Of a stretch of DNA of 64,000 bases, positions 10,421 through 19,992 are shown piece after piece (the stretch's first letter is position 1; every line of letters begins with the position of its first letter). Made by a program: the position numbers and the translations under genes. The notes beneath the pieces are model-generated. The model had not been told where the DNA came from. It was given only the letters and a program-made list of their open reading frames with translations, and did no database searches. This DNA comes from Candidatus Omnitrophota bacterium (GTDB taxonomy: Bacteria; Omnitrophota; Gorgyraeia; Tantalellales; Tantalellaceae), in the NCBI GenBank assembly GCA_016783605.1, contig JADHWG010000001.1, forward strand, positions 4,712-68,711. Direction: 5' to 3'.

Positions 10421-10549
10421 TTTTGCCTGCTCTTTCGTTTCGCCAAAACTTAACAGCCTTTCATCCCAACTCTTCACCACCCCGATTGCACCTCGTAGGT
10501 GCAATCGGTTGCACCTACGAGGTGCAATCGGGGTGGTGCGAAGGTTTTG

Positions 10550-10708
10550 TTAAAACAATGTATATATGAACGGGGCTACTGCTGATGATTCCGTAAAAAT
10601 GATCAATAATCCCAAAAATATGAGGATTACGATAATCGGCAGAAGCCACCATTTTTTTCTCACTTTTAAAAAATCCCACAATTCTTTCATTATTTCCATT
10701 TTTCCCAT
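10550..10708 (-). CDS. DUF5989 / SxtK-like small membrane protein (52 aa)
   Basis: Manual translation in an alternative frame gives MGKMEIMKELWDFLKVRKKWWLLPIIVILIFLGLLIIFTESSAVAPFIYTLF, the hallmark W..FL..RKKWWL.P…APFIYTLF signature of this family. It lies directly downstream of the SxtJ-like gene. The track instead lists an overlapping spurious ORF (10515..10769). Confidence 0.55.
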   Translation of the reverse strand: MGKMEIMKELWDFLKVRKKWWLLPIIVILIFLGLLIIFTESSAVAPFIYTLF

Positions 10709-10741
10709 GAGAATCCCTTTCTATTCTAAACACCCAAACCA

Positions 10742-10800
10742 AAACACCAACCTCGTAGGTTACTACCAACCTACGAGGTTGGTAGTAACCTACGAGGTTG
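10742..10800. repeat. family-B palindrome cluster (three CCTACGAGG units)
   Basis: aacctcgtaggttactaccaacctacgaggttggtagtaacctacgaggttgg. Confidence 0.7.
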
Positions 10801-10818
10801 GTGTTTTGGTTATTTTAC

Positions 10819-11223
10819 CTAAAACTGTTTTGTCAAATTTTCTTTGGACGGTTTTGTTTGTTTTCTCGTTATCCAATAACTTTTCGCGTTTCTATCGAGT
10901 TTCGCGTCCAATATGTCTTTTCCGAAAATGCGCATCACAAGACCTATCGGAGTAAGTATAGCATAATATACTACTGTCAGGATAATTCTGGTATTCACCC
11001 ATCCTATCGCGTGAGCAACTTTTGTAAACACCTTAAAGACCGGTTTAAGTTTCATCGGAAAAAATATTCCGAATATTAGAGAAACCGCCGAAACAGAAAA
11101 AAACCATTTGTACGCGGTTTGATGATGTTTTAAAAAATGGATGGTGCCGAAAACGCACAGGATCATCCCCAAAACTATTCCGAATTGTCTTAGATCTTTT
11201 TTTTGAACTTTTTTCATAAACAT
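10819..11223 (-). CDS. SxtJ-like small membrane protein
   Basis: 134 aa with 3 transmembrane helices and a …VLGWVNTRIILTVVYY…TPIGLVMR… signature, in the typical position after a carbamoyltransferase gene. Confidence 0.55.
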   Translation of the reverse strand: MFMKKVQKKDLRQFGIVLGMILCVFGTIHFLKHHQTAYKWFFSVSAVSLIFGIFFPMKLKPVFKVFTKVAHAIGWVNTRIILTVVYYAILTPIGLVMRIFGKDILDAKLDRNAKSYWITRKQTKPSKENLTKQF

Positions 11224-11234
11224 CCTACCCGCTC

Positions 11235-13064
11235 TTAATCCAGTTCAAATTCCTCAATTTCTTCTATTCTGAGTCGTTCCCGCGGCTGTTTCTTTTTATC
11301 AACAATGAACGAACCCATAACAAGATAATCCATGTTCGTTCTCATAAAACATTTGTACGCGTCACGCGGGGTACAAACTATCGGCTCCCCCCGCACGTTG
11401 AAAGAAGTGTTAATGACCAAAGGAGATGAATGGTTCTCATCCAGCTTCTTCATCATATCATAATATACCGCGTTATCTTCTCGTTTAACCGTTTGAACTC
11501 TCGCCGAATAATCAACATGTGTTATTGCCGGCACGGTGGATCTTTTAATTTTGAGCTTATCAAGACCTTTGAATTCACTTGTTCCTTCATTCGAAATACG
11601 TTGATTTCCCGCAACAGGCGCGACTATCAACATATAGGGACTTCCGCCTTTTAGTTCGAAATATTCTTCCGTTTCTTCTTCGAGAATACTCGGAGCGAAA
11701 GGTCTGAAAGATTCTCTGAATTTTATCTTCCGGTTGATCAATGACTGCATTTCTTGACTTCGCGCGTCGCCCAGAATGCTTCTGGCGCCAAGCGCGCGCG
11801 GACCGAACTCCATTCTGCCTTGAAACCAACCGACAACTTTCTGCTGTGCGATCAACGCCGCGGTCACTTCCGGCAAAACGTCTCGTTCCACTTTTTCGTA
11901 AGGAATATCGTTTTCAGTAAGAAATTTCTCTATTTTTCCATCACTAAATGATGGGCCTAAAAGACTCGCTTTCTGACTATCTTTATTTTCTTCTCGAGGG
12001 CGGCTTCCTTTAAGATATTCACACCACCCGATGAACGCCGCGCCTATCGCGCCGCCGGCGTCTCCGGAAGCCGGTTGTATCCACATGTTCTCAAAAGGTC
12101 CGTCTCTTAGCAACTTTCCGTTTGCCACGCAGTTTAACGCCACACCTCCCGCTAAACATAAATTGCGGAGGTGAGTTTTTTCTTGAACATATTTCGCCAT
12201 GTTCATAATAACTTTTTCAGTAACAACCTGAACGGATCTTGCCAGATCCATGTGTCTTTCGGTTAAATCGCTTTCTTTCTTGCGCGGAGGCGCACCGAAA
12301 AGCTTGTCAAACTTCTTATTGGTCATCGTAAGACCGGTGCAATAATTAAAATACTTCATATTCAGCTTGAAAGACCCGTCTTCTTTCAAGTCTATCAAAT
12401 TGTCCAGGATCTTGTCCACATACTTGGGCTCTCCGTAAGGAGCGAGCCCCATAAGTTTATATTCACCGGAATTAACTTTAAACCCGCAATAATATGTGAA
12501 TGCCGAGTATAAAAGTCCTAAAGAATGCGGGAACCTTATTTCTTCCAAAAGTTCTATGCCGTCGGAGTTACCTTTTCCGAAACTGACAGTTGTCCATTCA
12601 CCGACACCGTCAACCGTCAAAATTGCCGCTTCGTTAAAAGGAGAAGGATAAAACGCGCTTGCCGCGTGAGAATGATGATGTTCCGGAAAAATGATCTCGC
12701 CTTTATATCCCAAAATATCCCGGATATGTTCTTTCATGAAAAGTTTCTGTTTTATCCATGGAGGCATCGCGGATAGAAAGCTTTTTACCCCAAAAGGCGC
12801 GTAAGCTAAATACGTCTCCAATATTCGTTCAAATTTGATAAACGGTTTATCATAAAAAGCGACTATATTGACGTCCTTGATGGAAATACCGGCCTCTTCC
12901 AAACAATATTGTACGGCTCGCTCCGGGAACGACGGATCGTGTTTCTTTCGAGTAAATCTCTCTTCCTGCGCCGCGGCAAGAATTTCTCCGCCGGCGATAA
13001 GCGCCGCCGCGGAATCATGATAAAACGCTGAAATGCCCAATATATACGTCTTTTTTCCGTCCAT
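11235..13064 (-). CDS. NodU/CmcH-family carbamoyltransferase (SxtI-like)
   Basis: 609 aa with an N-terminal Kae1/YrdC-like ASKHA domain (ILGISAFYHDSAAAL), internal HHxSHAASAF, and a C-terminal carbamoyltransferase domain. Confidence 0.85.
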   Translation of the reverse strand: MDGKKTYILGISAFYHDSAAALIAGGEILAAAQEERFTRKKHDPSFPERAVQYCLEEAGISIKDVNIVAFYDKPFIKFERILETYLAYAPFGVKSFLSAMPPWIKQKLFMKEHIRDILGYKGEIIFPEHHHSHAASAFYPSPFNEAAILTVDGVGEWTTVSFGKGNSDGIELLEEIRFPHSLGLLYSAFTYYCGFKVNSGEYKLMGLAPYGEPKYVDKILDNLIDLKEDGSFKLNMKYFNYCTGLTMTNKKFDKLFGAPPRKKESDLTERHMDLARSVQVVTEKVIMNMAKYVQEKTHLRNLCLAGGVALNCVANGKLLRDGPFENMWIQPASGDAGGAIGAAFIGWCEYLKGSRPREENKDSQKASLLGPSFSDGKIEKFLTENDIPYEKVERDVLPEVTAALIAQQKVVGWFQGRMEFGPRALGARSILGDARSQEMQSLINRKIKFRESFRPFAPSILEEETEEYFELKGGSPYMLIVAPVAGNQRISNEGTSEFKGLDKLKIKRSTVPAITHVDYSARVQTVKREDNAVYYDMMKKLDENHSSPLVINTSFNVRGEPIVCTPRDAYKCFMRTNMDYLVMGSFIVDKKKQPRERLRIEEIEEFELD

Positions 13065-13179
13065 ATTTACCGCTAAACCCTTCTTGACCGCCCGTATTTT
13101 GAACTGTATTATATCTTACAACAAACCACAATTACAAGCCTTGTTTTACCTCCCCCAAACACCCCACCCCCTTCGACAA

Positions 13180-13270
13180 CCTCGTAGGGGCACGGCATGC
13201 CGTGCCCTTTACCACACAAATCACAAATCCCATGAGGGCACGGCATGCCGTTCCCCTACGAAGTTGGTGG
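13180..13270. repeat. BIME-like composite (family-B half-site, REP-A, 28-bp linker, REP-A) in the divergent promoter region
   Basis: caacctcgtaggggcacggcatgccgtgccctttaccacacaaatcacaaatcccatgagggcacggcatgccgttcccctacg. Confidence 0.8.
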
Positions 13271-13346
13271 TGATAAGTGACTGGGCAAGTGATTCTGTTA
13301 AATATTCTTGCTTTTCAGGTTCTAAAAATGTAGACTTGTCTCGGAC

Positions 13347-15005
13347 ATGCATATGAATCTCATAAAATACACTCTAAAATTATTGCGAATTCGGGCAAAC
13401 GCGTTTGAGAAAAACACCAAAGATCCCATTAAAGCGCAGAAAAGGGTTCTTCTGGAGTTTCTTTCTCGTAACCGCAAAACAGAATATGGCTCAAAATATG
13501 GGTTTGGCAACATAAGATCCATCGATGAATACCGGCGGCGCGTTCCTCTAACCGATTATGAAAAACTTCGCCCTCTTGTGGAAAGAATAGCAAAAGGGGA
13601 ACACAACATTCTGACAAAAGACGATCCGGTTTTTTTCAGCATCACAAGCGGCTCGACCGGAAAACCAAAACTCGTTCCCGTAACAAAATATTCCAAAACA
13701 AAAAACGCCCGCGTCATAAACTTGTCAGCGTATTATGTCACACATGATCACCCGAATATTGTTACGGGAAAAATACTCGCGATAGTAAGCCCTGAAATCA
13801 GCGGATATACCCCCTCCGGCATACCTTACGGCGCTGAAAGCGGACATGCTTATAAAAATCTTCCGGGCGCTATAAAAGGTGCTTATTCTCTCCCGTATGA
13901 AGTTTTCGAGATAGACGATTATGACGCGCGTTATTACACCATACTTCGCGTCTCAATGGAACACGATATAACGATCATCGCCACTATGACCCCAAGCACA
14001 ATAATTCTTCTTTGCCAACTGATAGAAAAAGTGCGGGATGACGTTATTGAGGACATTCGAAACGGAACCATTAAAAAAAGCTTAAAGATATCGCCTCCTC
14101 TCAGAAAAGCTTTGGAAAATCAGTTTAAACCCAATTCGAAAAGAGCGAATGAACTTACAAAAATCTTAAAAGAAAAAGGTTCGCTTCTGCCGAAACATTT
14201 CTGGGGCAATCTTCAAGTGATAGAATGCTGGAAACGCGGTTCAATGGAGTTATATCTAAAAAAATTTCCAAAATATTTTGGAAACGTAGCAATCCGCGAC
14301 TTCGGATATTTTTCCAGCGAAATGCGTAGTTCCGTTCCCATGAAAGATGAAGGCGCCGAAGGCGTTTTGGCTATTACGACCAATTTTTACGAATTTATTC
14401 CCCGGGAAGATAAAAACAAAGAAGAAAAAAGAGTGCTTTTATGTAATCAACTGGAGAAGGGGCAGGAATATTTCATCGTGCTCACAACGCCCGGCGGATT
14501 ATGCCGATATAACATCGACGACATGATAAAAGTTACAGGTTTTTTTAATAAAACTCCCATAATCGAGTTTGTTCAGAAAGGAACCAGCGTCACTTCCGCG
14601 GTCGGTGAAAAACTCTATGAATCTCAAATAGTCGAAGCTGTAAAAATCGCGACCGCTAGATTAAATGTGCCGCTTGAACTTTTTGTAGCGGTCGTGGAAT
14701 GGGCGGATTCCGCGCGATACGCTTTTCTAGTGGAATTTATTGAAGACGCAACACAGGAAAAGAAAAAAGAACTTCTGCTCGCTATCGAAAAAGAACTTTG
14801 CCGATTAAATGAGGAATACGATTTTAATAGAACTTCCCAAGAACTAGCGCATCCTGTTTTAAAAGTGCTCGCCCGCGGCAGTTTTGAAAAATTCAGAACG
14901 ACAAAAATAAAAGAAGGCGCCCACGACAGCCATTTCAAACTCCCGCAACTAACTTCAGATCAAACTTTTCAGAAAAATTTCGATATTATTGAAGAAATCG
15001 ATTAG
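13347..15005 (+). CDS. GH3-family adenylate-forming acyl-acid amido synthetase-like protein
   Basis: 552 aa with an SGSTGKPKLVPVT AMP-binding-like motif and the family N-terminal region. Divergently transcribed from the carbamoyltransferase operon. Confidence 0.7.
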   Translation: MHMNLIKYTLKLLRIRANAFEKNTKDPIKAQKRVLLEFLSRNRKTEYGSKYGFGNIRSIDEYRRRVPLTDYEKLRPLVERIAKGEHNILTKDDPVFFSITSGSTGKPKLVPVTKYSKTKNARVINLSAYYVTHDHPNIVTGKILAIVSPEISGYTPSGIPYGAESGHAYKNLPGAIKGAYSLPYEVFEIDDYDARYYTILRVSMEHDITIIATMTPSTIILLCQLIEKVRDDVIEDIRNGTIKKSLKISPPLRKALENQFKPNSKRANELTKILKEKGSLLPKHFWGNLQVIECWKRGSMELYLKKFPKYFGNVAIRDFGYFSSEMRSSVPMKDEGAEGVLAITTNFYEFIPREDKNKEEKRVLLCNQLEKGQEYFIVLTTPGGLCRYNIDDMIKVTGFFNKTPIIEFVQKGTSVTSAVGEKLYESQIVEAVKIATARLNVPLELFVAVVEWADSARYAFLVEFIEDATQEKKKELLLAIEKELCRLNEEYDFNRTSQELAHPVLKVLARGSFEKFRTTKIKEGAHDSHFKLPQLTSDQTFQKNFDIIEEID

Positions 15006-15065
15006 GAACAATTTCTTATTGATTGGAAATCCCCCCAACCCCCTTTTCCAAATGTGGAGAGAAAA

Positions 15066-16070
15066 TTAGAGGGAGCCGGGATCTCTACCCCCTTCTTGCT
15101 CCGTCAAAACTTTTATGAGCTCCAGATTCGTATTCTCATTTACCCTCGCTATATCAGATGCTGGACATCCTTTCGCCGAATACTCTTTCGGATGATTAAA
15201 TTTGGATACAATATTTTTTATCGCTCCTTGAACAAAACTTTCGGAATAATCTCCCGCGACATCAACGCCGACCACTTCTAATTCATGTCTTATAACCCTT
15301 AGCATTGAAAGCAGATCATCCAAAGGAATAGCCCCTTCCGCCCAATTGGTAAGAGAGTCTTTTCTTTGCAGACAATCTTTGTCAATGGACACATAAACGC
15401 GTTTCGTTGGAAAAGATTTAAACACGCCGCGCAAAAATTCCGTTAAATTTTTCTCTTTCAGTTCATCCCAGTAAATTTTAGTGAAAATTCCATGCGGTTC
15501 GGTTTTTATCGACTTGTTCCGCGGAATTTTTCTGAAAAACACTTTGGAAGGGCACTGCCGCCAAGGATATATTTCCACTCTGTCATTTTCGAGAGCAGAA
15601 TAATTTCCCATTTGCGTAGAAAAACCGATCGCGCTTCCGGAACTCGCCCCAAGCAAAAGAACTTTCTTAACAAGACCGTTTTTAAGTGTTTCCGTAACCC
15701 ACGACCCACAGCAAAGTTTTCCGGGAAACACACTCCAATCCGGGTGCTGGTCGATATTAATAACGGTTACGGGCTCTGAGATAGAGTCTATTAAAATACT
15801 GCTCACATGATGAAAATCCCCCGACCCCAGAAAAGTGATCCCTCCATTCGAAAAACCATTAACACGCACGGCAATTTCCTTTTTAGTTTCCTCGTCCATC
15901 CAAAACCGAGCGCGCGGCGCGATATCTCTTAGATCCACAACCTCCGCGTCATACTCTGCGAGAAGCTTTCTCTGCTGGATGAGACTATCGTCAAAATTTA
16001 AAACCCGTATCTTTTCGCTAATAGAGACACTCCCTGAAATCAATTTAAAATAAAAAAAAACTACAATCAA
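15066..16070 (-). CDS. arginase/deacetylase-fold (ureohydrolase-like) protein
   Basis: Motifs resembling the arginase-family metal-binding triad: GSGDFHH, INIDQHPD, VSIDKDCL. Confidence 0.4.
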   Translation of the reverse strand: MIVVFFYFKLISGSVSISEKIRVLNFDDSLIQQRKLLAEYDAEVVDLRDIAPRARFWMDEETKKEIAVRVNGFSNGGITFLGSGDFHHVSSILIDSISEPVTVINIDQHPDWSVFPGKLCCGSWVTETLKNGLVKKVLLLGASSGSAIGFSTQMGNYSALENDRVEIYPWRQCPSKVFFRKIPRNKSIKTEPHGIFTKIYWDELKEKNLTEFLRGVFKSFPTKRVYVSIDKDCLQRKDSLTNWAEGAIPLDDLLSMLRVIRHELEVVGVDVAGDYSESFVQGAIKNIVSKFNHPKEYSAKGCPASDIARVNENTNLELIKVLTEQEGGRDPGSL

Positions 16071-16522
16071 ATATAGTCCGGAGAACTATACTTTGTAAAA
16101 AGCCCTTTATCACTGTCAATGTATCTCTTTACCCGGATATGTCTGGGAGCAATCGCGGTAGTCAGCCATTTCCAGGCTTTCTCGATCTCTTCCGGTTTAA
16201 AATACAATGTCGGACCTTCACCAAAAACTGACTCAATAAGAATTTCATTCATAACTTTTGTCCATGAATGCGCGCCGACAATCGCAATTAGTTCTATATC
16301 TTTCATATGTTTTTTTAGAAACTTAAAAATTTTCCATTCTGATTTAATATTCGCACCCGTCATTTTAGTGGAATCAACCAAAAGCCTAAGCTTATTATTC
16401 GCACCTTCAATCGCCGTTTCCAGTTCCGGAATAAACGCTTCAATCTCTTTAGCAGTAAGTTTTCCTTCAATTGCCATCCCAAAAACACTCGTGTGTTCGT
16501 GCTTGATTTTTTGTATAGACAT
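16067..16522 (-). CDS. SpoIIAA/STAS-like small protein
   Basis: 151 aa; weak resemblance to the STAS fold; overlaps the downstream gene by 4 nt. Confidence 0.35.
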   Translation of the reverse strand: MSIQKIKHEHTSVFGMAIEGKLTAKEIEAFIPELETAIEGANNKLRLLVDSTKMTGANIKSEWKIFKFLKKHMKDIELIAIVGAHSWTKVMNEILIESVFGEGPTLYFKPEEIEKAWKWLTTAIAPRHIRVKRYIDSDKGLFTKYSSPDYI

Positions 16523-16639
16523 TCTTCCTCCTTAGTCTGTCTTGCAATTATCAGATCATTTAGCATCAGAAAAAGGGACAGTCCACGCACTCGCTCCGCT
16601 CGCTTGGGACAGTCCCATTTTCTTTCAAGCCTTATTATG

Positions 16640-16682
16640 TTGCTCATACAAAAATTCGTACCCTTGCCCTCTTGGATGAGGG
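16640..16682 (-). terminator. rho-independent terminator downstream of tRNA-Ser
   Basis: On the minus strand, a CGTACCCTTTTGCCCCTC…GAGGGCAAGGGTACG hairpin followed by a T-run. Confidence 0.5.
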
Positions 16683-16707
16683 GCAAAAGGGTACGAATTG
16701 GTTCGAG

Positions 16708-16795
16708 TGGCGGAGGAAATAGGATTCGAACCTATGGATCATTGCTGATCAACGGTTTTCAAGACCGCCGCATTAAACCGCTCTGCCATTCCTCC
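16708..16795 (-). tRNA. tRNA-Ser (anticodon UGA), long variable arm, CCA encoded
   Basis: Minus-strand cloverleaf: acceptor stem GGAGGAA/UUCCUCC, anticodon arm GGTCTTGAAAACC, 17-nt variable arm, T-arm GGTTCGAATCC. Confidence 0.85.
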
Positions 16796-16828
16796 GGGTT
16801 TCATTATTATTTGAGAACAGTCATTTTA

Positions 16829-17533
16829 TCAAACTTTGGGGGTATTTACAAATTCTAATATTTTTGTGTATATTCCGTTATAGATCTCGAAAGAATTCGC
16901 TGTAGCGGATTTTATAAAGGCTACAAATGAAAGATCTGAAAAAAACGGGCAAAAAACTGCCATTACGACTATGAGGTTGCCTATGAGGATAAGAACTAAT
17001 GAAAAAATAATTCCCGATTTTCCAACATCCGATTGTCTTAATCTTAAGGCGTCTGACGTCATAACAAAGTGAAAAGCCAGTGTAATTCCGACCAGAAAAA
17101 CAAAAATGGCGGACATGAACGGCGGGGTTTTATCAAGTGTTTTAAGGATCCAAAAAATCGGACCCAAAAGAAGTGTATACACAGGTACAAAATAGGGACT
17201 GAGTTCTATGAAGAAATTGGTCTTGGAGGTAACTACGCTTCCGCCTCTCGGAGTTACGTTAAACTCGACAACGGTTCCTCCTGAAAGCCAGGTTGCTAAA
17301 ACATGCGTAAATTCATGTCCGAGAACATAAAGGTATACAGGTTTGGCGACAAATATATGAAAAAGAAGATATAAGAGAACTCCCCTTTCAAACAGATGGA
17401 ACAGGTTGCTGTCTAACCCCATATCCATGATCGCGCCATAAAAAGCTTTTGCCGTTCCGATTGCCACGGGCAGTAGAATAATGCCTAATATTGTTTTTAT
17501 AATTCTTGAAAACATACTTTTTATATATCTCAT
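16829..17533 (-). CDS. peptidase M50B-like membrane metalloprotease-like protein
   Basis: Multi-TM protein with an HExxH motif in a YVLGHEFTHVLATWLSGG context. Confidence 0.5.
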   Translation of the reverse strand: MRYIKSMFSRIIKTILGIILLPVAIGTAKAFYGAIMDMGLDSNLFHLFERGVLLYLLFHIFVAKPVYLYVLGHEFTHVLATWLSGGTVVEFNVTPRGGSVVTSKTNFFIELSPYFVPVYTLLLGPIFWILKTLDKTPPFMSAIFVFLVGITLAFHFVMTSDALRLRQSDVGKSGIIFSLVLILIGNLIVVMAVFCPFFSDLSFVAFIKSATANSFEIYNGIYTKILEFVNTPKV

Positions 17534-17546
17534 ACCCCAATTGCAC

Positions 17547-18860
17547 CTACGAGGTGCAATTGGGGTATGAGTTGGAATTGTGGTTTGGGGTGATTTTATC
17601 AGCGCCGAAATATGGTTTTAATGCTTCGGGGATTGTAATTGAACCATCTTTTGTTTGATAAATTTCAAGGAGTGCCACTACAAGCCTTGGAAGCGCCACA
17701 CCGGACGCATTTAGTGTGTGTACATATTTTGGTTTTTGTTTTTTGTTTTTCGATTGATATTTTATATTCGCGCGGCGCGCCTGAAAATCTGAAAAAACTG
17801 AACAGCTTGATACTTCCAGCCATCTTTTGCTTCCCGGCGCCCAAAGTTCTATATCATAACATTTGTGCGCGGCAAAACTTATGTCGCTTGTGCAAAGTTC
17901 GAGTACGCGATATGGAAGATCCATTTTTTTTAGGATGTCTTCCGCGTTCCGGAGCAAAGTTTCCAGTTCTTTCATTGATTCATCGGGATGAGTGAACTTG
18001 ACCATTTCAACTTTATCGAATTGGTGTACGCGAATGAGTCCCCGCGTATCTTTACCGTAGGAACCGGCTTCTCTTCTAAAACACGCGGTTGACGCGGTAT
18101 AGTAGATGGGAAGCGATTCCTCTTTTATCACCTCATCCGCGTGAAGATTGGTAAGAGGGACTTCCGCCGTCGGGATAAGGAAAAGATCCTCTTCTTGGAT
18201 CTTATACATGTCTTCGGCAAGCTTTGGAAGTTGTCCGGTTCCCCTCATGCTCTTACTATTGGCTAACACTGGGGGACAAATCTCTTTATATCCGTGCTCT
18301 TTCACGTGCACGTCTATCATAAAGTTTATAAGCGCTCTCTCAAGTTTGGCTCCGGCGCCGACAAAAAGCGGGAATCCGGATCCTGTTATCTTTGCCGCGC
18401 GTTCAAAATCCAAGATCCCGTTTATCTTTCCAAGTTCAATGTGATCGCGAGGAGTAAACGATATTTTGGGGATCTTTCCCCATTCTCTTACCTTTTTATT
18501 GTCTTTTTCACTTTTCCCGACGGGCACGCTTTCATGCGGCACATTCGGGATCATATCAACAATCGTTTTAAATTTCTTTTCCACCTCGCCGAGCGTGTTA
18601 TCCAATTTGCTTATTTTTTCAGAAATTTTGTTAACTTTTTCTTTGGCGCCTTCGGCGTCTTTTTTTTGTTTTATCAATTCACCGATCTTTTTTGAGGCTT
18701 CGTTTTTTTTGCGTTTTAAGGCCTCGACTTCTTGAAGCAAATCTCTTCTGATTTGGTCAACTTTTAAAAATTTATCCACCAGTTCAGGTTTATCCGATCT
18801 ATTCTTAAGCGCTTTTTTTACAATATCGGAGTTTTCTCTTATGAATTTTGCCTCAAGCAT
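17547..18860 (-). CDS. serS: seryl-tRNA synthetase
   Basis: N-terminal coiled-coil arm plus class II aaRS core (437 aa). The last ~13 codons and the stop are supplied by a family-B palindromic repeat. Confidence 0.9.
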   Translation of the reverse strand: MLEAKFIRENSDIVKKALKNRSDKPELVDKFLKVDQIRRDLLQEVEALKRKKNEASKKIGELIKQKKDAEGAKEKVNKISEKISKLDNTLGEVEKKFKTIVDMIPNVPHESVPVGKSEKDNKKVREWGKIPKISFTPRDHIELGKINGILDFERAAKITGSGFPLFVGAGAKLERALINFMIDVHVKEHGYKEICPPVLANSKSMRGTGQLPKLAEDMYKIQEEDLFLIPTAEVPLTNLHADEVIKEESLPIYYTASTACFRREAGSYGKDTRGLIRVHQFDKVEMVKFTHPDESMKELETLLRNAEDILKKMDLPYRVLELCTSDISFAAHKCYDIELWAPGSKRWLEVSSCSVFSDFQARRANIKYQSKNKKQKPKYVHTLNASGVALPRLVVALLEIYQTKDGSITIPEALKPYFGADKITPNHNSNSYPNCTS

Positions 18861-18937
18861 CTCTTTTTTCCTTTCTTATAAAGCTTTTTTACTTTGGAAC
18901 TTGTATTATTTATAACACGTCCTTATTATTTATGCAA

Positions 18938-19899
18938 CTACCCCTTAATAACGCCTATTGGACGCATTTTTGCGACTTTTTTTGATAGTCCGGCGTTTTG
19001 GACTATATCTACCACATTCGTTACGTCTTTATACGCGTCTGACGCTTCTTCTCCAAGCGTATCTCGACCTGTATATCGTACAATAATGCCCTTATCGGCG
19101 AGTTCTCGAACGATGGAACGCCCTCGTGTGATCTTTTTGGCCAATGTACGCGACATCAATCTTCCCGCGCCGTGACATGTGGAATTAAACGTCTCTCGCG
19201 CCTCTTTTGTTCCGCTTAAAAGATAGGAACACGTGCCCATATCTCCCGGAATTATTACGGGCTGACCCGTTCGTCTATATTTTACCGGCAGGTCTTTGTG
19301 TCCCGGACCTAACGCGCGTGTGGCTCCCTTACGATGAACGCATAACGCGCGTAATTTGCCTTTAATTTCATAATTTTCTATTTTTCCGATATTATGCGCC
19401 ACATCATAAACCAAATGTAGACCTAAAGATTCAGCACTCGCGCCAAACACTTCTTCAAAAACTCCGCGTGTTAAATGCATTATCACTTGCCGGTTACACC
19501 ACGCGTAATTCGCCGCCGCGCGCATGGCGCCGAGATACGCTTCGCCTTCTTCGCTTTTAACCGGCACGCACGCGAGTTGACGATCCGGCATGTTTATTCC
19601 GAATTTTGACATCAGTTTTATCATGCTTGCCGCGTAATCACCGCACACTTGGTGTCCGAATCCTCTGGAGCCTGTATGTATCATTACCGTAATTTGTCCT
19701 TTTCTATACCGAATATTTTTGCTTCTTTTTCGCTGTAAATTTCATCCACCACCTGCACTTCAAGAAAATGGTTGCCCGAACCTAACGTCCCGGACTGTTT
19801 TTGTCCGCGCTGACGCGCGCGGAGCAACATCTTTTTCAAAAAGATCCGTCCGCATAAACCTTACGCCGCAATTTGATACTACAAAATTGTTAGCGATAA
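18938..19899 (-). pseudogene. rtcB: rtcB RNA ligase, disrupted: -1 frameshift in an A-run plus loss of the N-terminal ~120+ aa
   Basis: The C-terminal 248-aa ORF carries MIHTGSRGFGHQ…HGAGR. An upstream different frame carries [19 protein letters not shown]…FGIEK and terminates where the C-frame begins ([10 protein letters not shown]). Only ~90 bp, all of it repeat, separates this from the archease stop. Confidence 0.6.
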
Positions 19900-19912
19900 A
19901 ATTATGAACCGC

Positions 19913-19976
19913 GAAACAACCTCGTAGGTTGAACCTACGAGGTTGACGGAGGGGTGCAACTTACGAGGTTGTTTCG
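19913..19976. repeat. family-B triloop-hairpin palindrome cluster (CCTCGTAGG / CCTACGAGG) nested in a larger inverted repeat
   Basis: ccgcgaaacaacctcgtaggttgaacctacgaggttg…cttacgaggttgtttcgcgg; occupies the position where the rtcB 5' region should be. Confidence 0.7.
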
Positions 19977-19992
19977 CGGTGGAATTGGGAGT

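Noticed and set aside
9546-10504. N-terminal extensions of sixA (MEQPVPPTRWFRERK…) and pcm (MHLRGAIGVV…), and likewise of lpxI (…PRRLHLRGAI…), pth, tsf and ispE in the ORF track.
   Set aside because: These prefixes are translations of the family-B/REP-A palindromes or other upstream sequence. Conserved protein N-termini and RBS-like sequences start at internal Met codons.}
10515-10769. Track ORF of 84 aa on the minus strand (MVVTYEVGVL…).
   Set aside because: It has no family resemblance and its C-terminus reads into a palindromic repeat. A different frame over the same DNA encodes a textbook DUF5989/SxtK-like 52-aa protein, so I annotated that one instead.}
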